A stretch of DNA of 63,066 bases, filler included, from Salisapilia sapeloensis CBS 127946 (taxonomy: Eukaryota; Protista; Oomycota): the NCBI GenBank assembly GCA_023334545.1. It is 6 parts of 6 records of this genome, joined end to end, with 100 filler letters (N's around TTAATTAATTAA, not from the genome) between each part and the next. Parts side by side here need not be neighbours in the genome. Positions count along the whole stretch, not along the records: positions 1 to 27,648 come from JAADVB010000233.1; 5 more parts are not named here. One strand, written 5' to 3'. The notes under the pieces were generated by a model that saw nothing but the letters and a program-made list of their open reading frames with translations, was not told where the DNA came from and made no database searches. Positions 13,398-24,555 of the stretch are shown here, piece after piece (positions within the stretch are counted from its first letter, which is position 1; the number at the start of each line of letters is the position of its first letter). The position numbers and the translations under genes were made by a program.

Positions 13398-13839
13398 TTA
13401 AAACTTTTCTTAATCATTTGTTATATTCTATGTCCCTTAAGACTATTTATATGAATACTAATAACCTGAACGATTTCGCAGATCCGTAGTCTCTCTGTTC
13501 TTTCTGATACCATTGAGCTGTCTAAATGTTAGTAGTTCAGCTCATCTTTCCACAGAAAAGGTGGGCATAACGAATGAATAGATTAGGAATATTACAGTGT
13601 TGATGGAATAATCGGAGTAGGTAGATGGGAGTTTGCATGTGTACTACCAAATAACCACAGTATTGTCTACTTTTAAAACACACGACGTACTCTGCCATGA
13701 CTGCGAAGATAATTGTAAAATAGTATCGTGCACTAGTAGCAAGTAACTGGACTGTCGGCACACGTAGATTCGTCCATGAACACAAAGGCAAAGATAAGAC
13801 CAAAGGAAATTAAACAAACCCAGCTACTCTAACCCACCT

Positions 13840-16248
13840 TCATAACGTTTTACTCGCCAGTGGTCGACCAGGAGAGCTTTGGGCAGAGTGCGGGTACCCG
13901 CCTCCTTCTTTCGGCGCTTCCTCCAACCCCTCCATTTTCCCTCCTTGACGCGTCACCATCCGACGCTTCTTCTCTTCAAACTCTTGCATCTTCTTCCGGA
14001 AGCGCTCGACTTCCTTTTGATGCTTCTCCTCTTCGTTCCGAATCGCTTCGTCTAGCGTCGCGTCTCCAATGTCGTGTTCCTCCTCTTCCGAACTATCAAA
14101 TACCAAGTCCTCAGTCTGTACGCTCGTCGGCAACGGCGTGCTCATCATCAGTTCCTTGTACGCGTCGTTGTCGATCATGGACCCGAGAGACATACCTCTC
14201 GACCGGTCTTCAAGACTCGGATGGTTCATCTCTTCCGCATACGTCTCCTTCGCATGCGGAGGAGAAGGCAGGGGAGATCGAGGAACCTCATTCCCAGACG
14301 CATTCCCTGCCGGAAAAGGAGATTCTTCAGGTGCAGTCATTACGAACTTCATCTGAGCAACGGGAGGTAACGGCTTCGCAAGAAACGCATGTGGCTCCGG
14401 CGCTTCTTCCCACACATCTTCCTCGACGTCTGGCAGATTGGCAATCTTCCCTTCGGTCACGAGGAAGGCGATGCTGTCTGCAATGTCTTCCAAGTCAGGC
14501 TCCAGGATCCCGACGTCTGCAGCCAATTCACACGCGACTTCGTGTGTGCTGTCGGTAAAGAGATTGAACGAGAACTTGATCTCCTTGCTCTTGCCTTCGA
14601 TGATGATCCGCAGACTCAAGAGGATGCTGTGCTCATTATGAGGATCCTTGCAGCTCTTGATGTCATGTCGCTTCCGAGGCTTAGTACCTCTCTCCACCGT
14701 CACGGGACTCTCCGCCGGTGGCGCAACGCTCGAGGATGTCATGGTGTTGTCTGATTCGGCCGACAGAGGAGGACTGTCGTCCTCTTCGCTCACGTTCTCT
14801 AGCTCCAACCGCTGACCTCTTCCGCCCATGACATTCATCCGGTTGTTATGGATTCCAATCTCACTCCCAGGCAAGTCGCGCAAAAAGTTCTCCACACCTT
14901 CGTCTGCGCCCCGGTTGTCGTTTGCAATCGGCCCTTCTTCCCCTTCCTCCTCGATCGTCTCCACCGCACTAGACTCTTGCTCCATCTCGTTATGCTGCTG
15001 CGCAGCCACAGCAGCCACTGCCACGTCTGCTGGGTTCAACGAGCCGTCCTCCGAGTTGGACGTCGCGGACACGGCGACTGGTCTCGCAGAAGAGTCCGAA
15101 GGGTCCTCTACATTGGTGTCGTCTGCTCCGCTCGAAGAAGACTGCGGGACTGCCCCATCAACCTTTTCCTCTGACGTGTCATCTGGACGCTCACAGTCTT
15201 CATTGTCTATGTCTTGCATGGACGCGTCGTTCAGACTGTCGTGTCTCGCCATGTCTCGAGCCTTGATATCTGCCTCATCTTCCGTCAGACACTCGACCAT
15301 GTCGCCATCATCGTCCTGCGCTTTTAAAAAGTCATGGTTCAAAAGGTACTCGGTCGTGACGTCAATCTCGCCATTCCCGCGACTTAAGCACAACTCGATA
15401 AAGTCTCGAGCAGGCGCACTCACGACACGTTGCAGCCCTTTCGGTCGGATCCCAGCCGTCACTTTCTTGTAGATCTGCGCTGGATTGACACACTCCGAGT
15501 ACGGAACTTCCTTCGTGACCATTTCGAGGACGCACATGCCAAACGCGTAAATGTCCACCTTTTCATCGTAACTTTCGTCATAAAGCTCTGGAGCCATGAA
15601 TTCAGGCGTGCCCAAGACGCTCTGAGCTTTCGTACGCGTGTGGACGGCCAGTTGCGTCGAGAGACCTAAATCTCCGATACGCAAGTCGCCCGTGTTACCG
15701 TTGATAAAGATGTTGTCGCACTTAAGATCACGATGGATGACCGGGGGAGACTGACTGTGCAAGTAGTGCAGCCCTTCGAGGATCTGGACGCACCACCGGC
15801 GAATGATCTTCCACTTGATGAACTGCACGCGCTTGATGTACGACTTGAGAGTCCCGGACGTCATGATCTCGGTGATGAAAACCACTTGGTTCTTCTCTTT
15901 GCTGAACCAGGATCCGTAAAAGTTGATAATGTTCTTGTGCTCAAGTTTCTGCAAGAGCTGCACCTCCTGGATGATACGCGTCTTCTCCGTCGCGGGGAGC
16001 TGACCAATGTCAATGGCATTCCACGCGACGTCGATCCCTTGGTCCGTATCGTACGCCTTGAATACAGTCTTGTACGCGCCTGTGCCTAACCGAACGTCAA
16101 AGCGGATGTACCGACCACGTGGAGAGTGCTCGACAGGACGGTCGCCATCACCCCCAAAGTCGGGCACGAAGGCACTGCTGCTTTCAAAGCTAGAGGACCG
16201 ACTAGATGCGTCCATTGGCGTGGCTGGATACGAGTGTTGGTGGACCAC
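13840..16248 (-). CDS. WNK: WNK (with-no-lysine) serine/threonine kinase
   Basis: LGTGAYKTVFKAYD with catalytic Lys in subdomain I, VAWNAI in place of VAIK, IHRDLKCDNIFING, IGDLGL, VLGTPEFMAPELY. Autoinhibitory-like region KEIKFSFNLFTDS. Confidence 0.93.
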   Translation of the reverse strand: MVHQHSYPATPMDASSRSSSFESSSAFVPDFGGDGDRPVEHSPRGRYIRFDVRLGTGAYKTVFKAYDTDQGIDVAWNAIDIGQLPATEKTRIIQEVQLLQKLEHKNIINFYGSWFSKEKNQVVFITEIMTSGTLKSYIKRVQFIKWKIIRRWCVQILEGLHYLHSQSPPVIHRDLKCDNIFINGNTGDLRIGDLGLSTQLAVHTRTKAQSVLGTPEFMAPELYDESYDEKVDIYAFGMCVLEMVTKEVPYSECVNPAQIYKKVTAGIRPKGLQRVVSAPARDFIELCLSRGNGEIDVTTEYLLNHDFLKAQDDDGDMVECLTEDEADIKARDMARHDSLNDASMQDIDNEDCERPDDTSEEKVDGAVPQSSSSGADDTNVEDPSDSSARPVAVSATSNSEDGSLNPADVAVAAVAAQQHNEMEQESSAVETIEEEGEEGPIANDNRGADEGVENFLRDLPGSEIGIHNNRMNVMGGRGQRLELENVSEEDDSPPLSAESDNTMTSSSVAPPAESPVTVERGTKPRKRHDIKSCKDPHNEHSILLSLRIIIEGKSKEIKFSFNLFTDSTHEVACELAADVGILEPDLEDIADSIAFLVTEGKIANLPDVEEDVWEEAPEPHAFLAKPLPPVAQMKFVMTAPEESPFPAGNASGNEVPRSPLPSPPHAKETYAEEMNHPSLEDRSRGMSLGSMIDNDAYKELMMSTPLPTSVQTEDLVFDSSEEEEHDIGDATLDEAIRNEEEKHQKEVERFRKKMQEFEEKKRRMVTRQGGKMEGLEEAPKEGGGYPHSAQSSPGRPLASKTL

Positions 16249-18822
16249 CCGAGCGTTTTTTTCTTAAAGTCTCTCTTCACTCTGTTGCGCCGCAACAAGT
16301 TGAGGGAGATGCACGGAGAGTCAAATTGAGAGCTGCGGTTAATCTTCACGGATACTGAAAGCTACTGCCGGACGTAGAGACGCCTCACGACTAGCGCGGA
16401 GGACCGAGCGAGGGCACAAACGTCGTTCCTGTGTTTTGGCCGCGCTTAGTGCGCATCGGTCGGATGGTACCGTCACATATTGATATATTTTGAGACAGGA
16501 GGGTTCGGAGGTGATAGTGGGTGCACTTTATCAGGACACAGAGAAAGACCACTGGACCTCGAGCCGACCGATAGATCCTTGGCCGCATCTTAAAGCGATG
16601 CACGGGCGTTCGGGTTGTAGTAAAAGACGGTTTATAGGCTTTTAGCGGAGCTGTGATTGCTCGGGTGGAATTGCCATTGGTGCAGATTTGCAGTGGTGAC
16701 TTTGAGATTCAGTACTAGATCATGTTGATGCTTCTCGATATCTTCTCGTTGATTTACATGATATACATCAGAGTAGCTTTTAAAGGGGCACGTTCATGAT
16801 GCATTACGTGTCTCGAAATTGAAGGCTGCTAATAGTATATCACGCATGTAGAAGCTGATGTATGAGATGCAACGCAGTCTTCGATGCATTCAACGCGAGA
16901 TCGACATTTAGCCGGTAGAAAACATCAGCGCAATAGATATGAAACGTGAGTCAGTCCATGTGTAGGCTGCGATTAGTACTGGTTTCCGGTAAGAACAAGT
17001 GCAATGCTTTCTAATAAACTTTTGTTTTATTTCTGCTTTTAGAAATCGAACATTAAGAAGCAAACAATGACCAAATGAATGCGTAGGCGAGTTTCATAGA
17101 TATATGCTCCAGCATGGCCTTGCATGTCTTGTTGAAACCTAGTAATGCTCACCGACAAGATGCACACTGTCGTCGATTGTAAAATAGGGTCCAACGACGT
17201 ACAATGCATCAAAGCTTAATGAAAAGCAATTATGACCAAGATATTGCCCTTTAGAGCATGGTGAAGAGCGTATGTGCAAGTTCACCATCTTTGGTATGCA
17301 CAATGTTCAATGTATGGTTTGCATCCATCCAACGTCCTGTGCTATATCTCTCTAAGAACATATCTGATCGCACAACTGTGGAAACGGCTAGTCCAAGATT
17401 CATCACTCTTTCACTTCACTAGTGCGTACGCACCAACATGCAAATATTAAAGATATATATTGATGCTATAAAACAGACCGAGCTTTCTACGCAAAAATGC
17501 TAACGAGGCATGTTTTGCTGTCTGAATACCCTTGTTTTTTAAGTTTAGTACCCGCTGAGTTAGTGCACAGCGTACTAGAAACTAATTTGGATGCCTAGCG
17601 CTTCAAAATCCCTATTCTTTCTCGAACGATCCAATTTGAGTATGCATAAAGCTACAACGTATCTGTGCGCTTATTACTTGCATCGTGGGCACCACAGCCT
17701 GCTTCTGCAGATATAATTTCATACCTATTGATCTCGTGTTGCGATACGAATTTGAGAGAGATAATTTGTAATAGTGCCTAGAGCTTCGTGCAAGTCCAAT
17801 TATGATGAAACGTCAACTTTTAGCCACGAGAAACCTTATCTCTCTCCAAACTACTGCATGATAAAAATGCATAGAGCCATCACCATCTTTTGAGACAATA
17901 GAGATCTTAAAAGCGTAGATTTCGCTCGCGATCTATTTAGATGGTAGATTCAACAAACAATCGTCTGTATGGCTGCTTATCGCCCGTTTCTCGTAGAAAT
18001 GTAGATTTCGTACGATTCCCTCCTACTCTAGACTTTTGCTTCCATCTAAGAGAAGGTAGATAACGATTCAAACCTAATCGAATAAGGCGATTTTTATCGT
18101 TTGTCCCGACCACACTCTCTGTTTATAGATTCAACATTATGAGCATTTTTTCATCACCAAGGCTCTTGATTTCAGCAATATCATTATGAGAGAGAGTAAT
18201 AATTGGTGAGTATCGAGTTCCAACATGAAAAAGCAAAGTAAAAACGATAGCTTGAAGATATTTTGCTGTTGCGAATCCGTTTCAACACAAGATTGACTGC
18301 AATGCTTCGAATCTAATTATGTAGTGTGCTGGATTTATTCACAGTGGTATTAGTGCTTAGCAAGTACCGAATAAGCATGCTGTGTATGCTCCAGTCTGAT
18401 TTCTCATCTAGATTTTGTAAAATGGTGGGCAAATACAAACCTATAACAGCGTGTATAATATCGAATACCAGCCTAAGATACACGATCTGTGCTAGATATA
18501 CTGTAATGGGCATTTGGAGATTCCGATCCTACTCTACCTTTGCGTTTAAAGATATTGAGAACTACAATTTCCGCATAAAGTGCTATCGCATGAGCTTAGA
18601 ATCATTTCCCGCATTTGCAAATAAAAATCGTAGCAGTCCAGTTTAAACGAATTCCTATATGCTTCTTCGTCTTGATCGTAGTAAAACCATCTCCTAAGCA
18701 AAGAGAGTATTTATATCACAAAGGAATAACGATGAAATCAATTGAAACTCGGAGCAAAATTATGTAGATAGAAGGAGCAGAGACGAACACTTTAAAAAGA
18801 TGAAAGAATTATGATGTCTTAT

Positions 18823-19389
18823 CTATCTACATCCTTCCGATGAAGCTTTTCGATTCATTAAAAATGGCTCGCCGTACGAAGGTACGAAATATAAAGTCTC
18901 AATGGGCGGATAACAGCGGGCTTCTGGATGATTCCAATGACGGACGCAGTAACCTGACTTTTGAGCCCATTTCATGCAATCCTTAATTGCACAACGATGC
19001 CCACCACCATGCTCACGACACTTGCCATTCAAAATGGCTCCCTTTGGACAGTTTGGATGTTGGCATCGAGTACCACCACCGTGTGATTTACACTTACCTC
19101 GAGATTGAACACGGCGGTTGCAATCGGTCACACTGCAGAGTCGAGCGCGACGATGATGAAAGCATTTATGCTCTCCATGCTTGACTACTTCGACTTTGCG
19201 TCTGCAGTCTCGGACCCAACATTCCTCTTCTTGCGGTCCTGCGTAGGATTGAAAGCAGAGATCTTGTGCAGAAAGCACATGCAGACTGGAGTGCTTAGGA
19301 GGAAATAAAGTGGAGGGATTGAAAGAGGTCAAAGGTGCTCTAGTGTCTTCGTGATCTTCAATAGGATTGAGTAACAAAGCGATTTTCAT
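18823..19389 (-). CDS. Second Cys/His GGG-repeat zinc-finger protein
   Basis: CSVTDCNRRVQSRGKCKSHGGG, CQHPNCPKGAILNGKCREHGGG, CAIKDCMKWAQKSGYCVRH. Confidence 0.8.
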   Translation of the reverse strand: MKIALLLNPIEDHEDTRAPLTSFNPSTLFPPKHSSLHVLSAQDLCFQSYAGPQEEECWVRDCRRKVEVVKHGEHKCFHHRRARLCSVTDCNRRVQSRGKCKSHGGGTRCQHPNCPKGAILNGKCREHGGGHRCAIKDCMKWAQKSGYCVRHWNHPEARCYPPIETLYFVPSYGEPFLMNRKASSEGCR

Positions 19390-19992
19390 TGTTGGTGTTC
19401 GAAGTCAAAAAGCAAACTGATTACCACCGACGTGAAGAGCGCTGGATGAATTTATTGCAAAATGAACTATAGCAGTTTTCACCGCTTGCGATTTAGCAGA
19501 GCCGATGCACATAAGAAGAGGGGAGGTAACGGAAAGCTAACGGTTCGAAGAGAATTGTATAGCAATGAAAGTTCCAGACGGATGGAAATGCGACCATGCT
19601 GTGTTATGGGATCAAGCATATACAAGGTATTGACGTATCTACACAAACGATCTATCGACCCAGGAATTTGGACTTGATCAATAATAATATTGCTGCCAAC
19701 TCACTCGTAACGATTAGCCGAGTACAGCCATAGCAATTTGTGTTGATCCATCTTTCGTACCATGACCATATCTCACTCTTCAGCAAATATCATCACGAAC
19801 GCTGGTACCAATCTTTATGAGAATGAAACGAAGAGAAGGAGCAATCTAGAAGGTCATCTAAAAATAATCGAGTACATTCAACATCGCCGTTTCACGTCAT
19901 CGCATCAATGGGTTGTCTAGTAGGTACCCGCGCCTTGCGACCTTTCATGATCCATCGGACAGAACTCGAACAACACTTTGGTCAAGTCGAAA

Positions 19993-21378
19993 ATGGATGC
20001 CAAAGCGACTGGAAACGCGTACTTCGCGGATAAATGCTACACTTCTGCTCTACAATCTTATACGCTTTGCATCGGGAAATGTCCAGACGATGCGGATGTC
20101 TATTCGAAGCGAGCTCAAACGTATCTGAAACTCGGTAGATCCCAAGAGGCTATGGCCGACGCTTCTAAAGCGGTGCAAATAGATCCATTGCTATGCATGG
20201 GTCACTATCGATTGGGGTAGTGTGTTAACAAAGGTGTGGCAAGAGGGATAGACTACTAAAAGATATTTGTTAAACTAGTATTGCTTGTTTCGAATTGCAA
20301 GACTTCAAGTCAGCAAAGGAAGCGTTTATGCAGAGCAAAGATACGCTGCCTTCCTCTGACTTTGGAGACGAAGATAAAGAGAGTAAAAGAAAAGATATTT
20401 TACGCTGGCTGCGCAAATGTGACGCAGAGATTTCTGGTAAGTTTTTGGACTTCTCATTTTATCAGTGCGTCCGCTCAATCTACGCATACCATGAATAGAA
20501 GAGGTGTCCTTGGACACGCCACCGAAACACACTACAGTGGAGAATCTGGAGACCTCAAAAAGCCAGGTTACTCCGCTCCCAGACTCTTCTGTTCGATCCA
20601 CACCAACCATTCGGTACTCTTCTCACCATTCTTTTCTTCAGCATTATCTTAAAATCATATTTGTATATGATTCTACATTGACAGGCACGATTGGTACCAG
20701 TCTGCATCACATGTGACTGTGTCTGTACTCCAAAAGAATCTGGCAGCTGATGATGTCCAGGTCGACATCCAGCCAACACAGGTAAATATACTTCTATATT
20801 TTTATAAATTGTTCTAGTGCTAATAATACCACAGCTAAGCGTACGCATTCGTCTGAACGGCACAAGCATTGATGCATTTAACCAGACTCTCTTTTACCCC
20901 GTGGTCCCTTCTGAATCCACACACAAGCTACTCCCTTCAAAAGTCGAAATCAAACTAAAGAAACAGTCTTCCAATGTACCATGGGACGCACTCACGCGCA
21001 TTGTTTCCAATAACAAGGTCCACAGCGAGCCGGTACAGCCAAAGATTGTCAAGCCTTATGCTAGTCATCGAGACTGGGACCGTTTGGAAAAGGAGATCAG
21101 CGAGGAGTTGGAAAAGGAAAAACCGGAAGGAGAGGCGGCCATGCAGAAGCTGTTCCAGGACATCTATTCGAAGGCAGATGAAGACACTCGACGTGCCATG
21201 AACAAGTCTTTCGTACGTTGTATATTGAATATGTGGCATGGAAAGGCGCTAAATGATGATCTAGCAAACGTCAGGTGGGACGGTCTTGTCGACGAATTGG
21301 GGCGAAGTGAGCAGTAAGAACTATGAGCAAGAGCGGACGGCTCCGGATGGCATGCAGTGGAAGAAGTGGGAACAATAA
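19993..21378 (+). CDS. SGT1: SGT1 co-chaperone (TPR-CS-SGS); multi-exon
   Basis: N-terminal TPRs, CS domain ([13 protein letters not shown]; [15 protein letters not shown]), SGS domain (DWDRLE...[29 protein letters not shown]|[13 protein letters not shown]...[12 protein letters not shown]). Confidence 0.93.
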
Positions 21379-21411
21379 ATGGAGCATGCATAAATCTACT
21401 TTTATCCTTCT

Positions 21412-22825
21412 CTATTTGCGAAAGAGTGCATCTCGTAGCTGCTCTGTGGTCTCGGTTGGATAAGGAGGAGAAGTCTGTCGAAAATCAGCTCTTGCTTGCT
21501 TTCGAATGTCTTTCATAAAGTCCTGTTTATGTTTCTCGTCGGACACGGCCAATTTCTCAAGCGTAGAATCACTCGACTTTCTATTCATGAGCGCTGACGT
21601 CCTCTTCCTTCGGCTATCCAACAGACTCTTCCCTTCTCGACTTAGGCGAGTAGAGGCATCTCCGCTCTCGATATAGCGTACCCATTCCATGAAACCCTCT
21701 TGTTCCGCCTCTTGAATGAATGTATCTTCTCGTAGCTGTCGATTTTTCTGAGCTTGCGCCATAATCGCCTTCCATGTGTCGCTGCATTTACTAACGATGT
21801 TGCTAGCAGACTCGCATATGAAGGACTTTTCATTCTGGATGCGTATACTGCTTTCCACTAGCTGCTGCTGTTGTTGACGCTGATGTTTTGTCATTTGTAC
21901 ACGGAAGTTCAGGGCTGTTGATGATGCAGCTGCAAAAAGAAGATCGTGGCAGATTGACGTTTGCCTACAAGGACGCTTCATGCACTGCTGCTTGGCTAAA
22001 TCATATGCCTACACTTTTGTTTATTGCTTTAGTGTATAATGAAAAGCTTAAACACGTACGGTTCGATGCTTGAGGTTGTGAGTGTTGACAATGGTGGGAG
22101 TGGCGTATTGTGTGAGAAGGCGGAGGAGACCAATGTGCAGATTTCGGCTGCACCAGTGCAATGCAGTGTCGCCATGTGCATCTTGGCATTCGATGGAAGC
22201 TCCAGCCATTAAAAGGGAGTGAGCTACTTGTACTCGTCGTTCTTCATCTCCCTATCGAAACAATATGATGCAAGCGCATTCAAGGAAAATAAAACGGTCG
22301 TACCTGGAAACTTTGGCATACAGATATCAATGGTGTAGATCCACTATAGCACGTATCGATTGCATTGACAAGAGCGTGGTGCTTATGAACTGGTAACTCT
22401 CGCTGCATAGTGTCGAGTAGCATGTTCGTGCATTGCGTTGCCGCATGAAGAGCAGCATAATGCAGCAAGGTTTCTCCACTGCCACCGGCAAATATTTTGC
22501 CATCCAGTCGTGAGAATAACCGAGTGGATAGTGACTGAGAAAGGTAATCTTCGAGCGCAACGACATTGTCCGAAGCTATTTGCTGCCAAATGGAATCGGA
22601 AGACAACGAACCCATGGGTGTCTGTGTTCTTTCAAGGTTGCCAAAGCCGATGGCAGCATTTTCCTCCAGATCTAACGATGCTGTGCCATGCATCGAATGT
22701 GTCTTGGACATCGCATTATGCTGAGCTTGCCAGTACTGACATGCAAATTCACGTCGTTGTAGAGCTTTTTGCAGCCACGGTGGATACCTAGGCTTGACAG
22801 TTTGCTGTGCGTTGCCGCTCACCAT
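21412..22825 (-). CDS. Ankyrin-repeat protein with coiled-coil tail; three exons joining listed ORFs 22280-22825 and 21412-21981
   Basis: GETLLHYAALHAATQC, GSTPLISVC, a middle exon GASIECQDAHGDTALHWCSRNLHIGLLRLL, then TAG|GCATATGATTTAGCC (AYDLAKQQCMKRPC) leading into ORF 21412-21981. Confidence 0.8.
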
Positions 22826-23147
22826 GACTTGTGCAGACAGACGTCGGTTTCAATTTTTATTGACAAGAGCTCATCAAGTTCCTATCAATCTGATAATCCG
22901 CATGACTTGATCGTATGAGGTTTCCATATCTTTCCATCAAGTCATTTTCTCGAACTTGCAAGTCATCTCGATTTGTTCGCAACTAAATCTTGACGAGCCA
23001 GACGTCGACTTCCGACTGTGCAGTCTCACTTACGTCGGACATGTTGTCTAAAATCTACACTGTGAATGTCCATTTACTTAAAGAAATCATACCAACCCTA
23101 AATCCCTGGATGATAATTTTTCAGGTAAGTCGACGGACACTTTGGCC

Positions 23148-23160
23148 TCATTCCTAATTG
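23148..23160 (+). promoter_or_regulatory. Candidate oomycete initiator (INR)-like element
   Basis: TCATTCC followed by AATTG about 40 nt upstream of the ATG at 23191, resembling the oomycete YCATTYY INR. Short motif that could occur by chance. Confidence 0.3.
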
Positions 23161-23190
23161 TGCTGTCAAGGCCCCTAGTCACGTGATTCG

Positions 23191-24528
23191 ATGAAGCTAT
23201 TACTACTACTCACGCTCTTGACGACTGCAAAGGCAGACGGAACCGACCGTGCCTTCCGTGGCTTTACTAGTATGATCCCGACTGATGAGTGGTGTCCAGA
23301 TTGCTTTGATTCGGACGATAGCATCGATACGCCCGATGCCGAATCTTTCCAGCCAAGTATGGACGGGGAAGTCGGCGACTTGGAGCAACATTTTGCTGCT
23401 TTGCTGCAGGCAGACACTCAAGCGTTTATTACAGATCTTGCTGGCTGGGTCGAAGAGCTCACGGAGATGCCAGTGGCGGCCACGACACACTTTACGCTCG
23501 AGACGTCTGGAAACGTAGACTACGACACGCCTTGCGGGGATCTCGTAGCACACCATGCGTTTGACGTGATGGAGCCATTTTTGGAAGATCCCAAGCATGC
23601 CAAATTGCCTAAAAAGAAGACAAAGAAATTGCTATGGCATGCGTCCAAAGCATGCATGGACAGCCCCACGACGTTAGAAGTCGATGGAGGCACGCATGAA
23701 GAGTTCGTCATGTCATGTGGAAAGGACAATGTGCTTTTGAACGCCACAAGTGCCAGCGGAGGACTTGCAAAAAAGTTTTTCTTTGAGGATGTGGAGCTCA
23801 CCGGTGCATTTGTCGCGGTGGAATTTGTACAAGAAGGTATCAAGGCGATCGGAGCTACGGGATCGTGGTTCCCGAACATCAAGTACAGGAACTCCCCTCA
23901 TCATGCCGATAAGTTGTTCGAGCAGTGGAAAGACAATGTGCAGGAGTGTGCTACGAACGGAAGCTTGCAAGTTGTCGGTGTCGTCAGCGGAGGCTGGAAG
24001 GAGAAGAAGAGTGTTCAGAACCACCAAAGTAAGCACGACCTCACGGCTGTCGTCGGATACGCCGAAGCTTTTGAAATCACAATGCCATCCGATGTACAGG
24101 ACGGTAGCGGCAGTACGGACGTCATGGTCGGAGAAGTCGTGCTTCCGACCACGCATACGACAGAGACTCCACCACCTTCCGCTCCTTATGTACTTCCGAA
24201 TCCACGAAGCGCCTTTGAACGACGATCTGAGCTGCAGCAAGTGTCCAAGATCACTTCTGCTCAGTACGTCGAATCCGGTCAACAGTGTGCTCAGGACTCG
24301 ACAGTAGCGGAAGAAGGAGAATGTTTCATGAGAACGGCCTTGACCAAGGTCACGCACGGAGGCTTAGCCGCCGACGCATTGGCCATGAGTCTCGTGAGCC
24401 ACGTCGCGTCCACCACCAGCTCTCAGTCCACGATGCAGCTCCTCGTGATCGCCTGCATCGCCGTCGTGGCTTTCGTTGCCTATAAAACGGGAGCTCGTCG
24501 CAGTGGCTACCAACCCATTGCCAACTAA
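23191..24528 (+). CDS. Hypothetical type I membrane or surface protein (signal peptide plus C-terminal TM helix)
   Basis: MKLLLLLTLLTTAKA signal peptide, C-terminal MQLLVIACIAVVAFVAY followed by KTGARRSGYQPIAN. Intronless 445 aa with no family recognised. Confidence 0.75.
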   Translation: MKLLLLLTLLTTAKADGTDRAFRGFTSMIPTDEWCPDCFDSDDSIDTPDAESFQPSMDGEVGDLEQHFAALLQADTQAFITDLAGWVEELTEMPVAATTHFTLETSGNVDYDTPCGDLVAHHAFDVMEPFLEDPKHAKLPKKKTKKLLWHASKACMDSPTTLEVDGGTHEEFVMSCGKDNVLLNATSASGGLAKKFFFEDVELTGAFVAVEFVQEGIKAIGATGSWFPNIKYRNSPHHADKLFEQWKDNVQECATNGSLQVVGVVSGGWKEKKSVQNHQSKHDLTAVVGYAEAFEITMPSDVQDGSGSTDVMVGEVVLPTTHTTETPPPSAPYVLPNPRSAFERRSELQQVSKITSAQYVESGQQCAQDSTVAEEGECFMRTALTKVTHGGLAADALAMSLVSHVASTTSSQSTMQLLVIACIAVVAFVAYKTGARRSGYQPIAN

Positions 24529-24555
24529 ACAGCGTTTACAAAGTTTTTTTTGCAT

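Noticed and set aside
13860-15472. Long antisense ORFs over WNK (13860-14558, 14828-15472); similar ones over the zinc-finger gene (6632-7249) and NRPS (52431-52919)
   Set aside because: Ser-rich mirror translations of real genes with no independent support.
21412-21981. Separate 189-aa gene
   Set aside because: Splices in frame as the last exon of the ankyrin-repeat gene.
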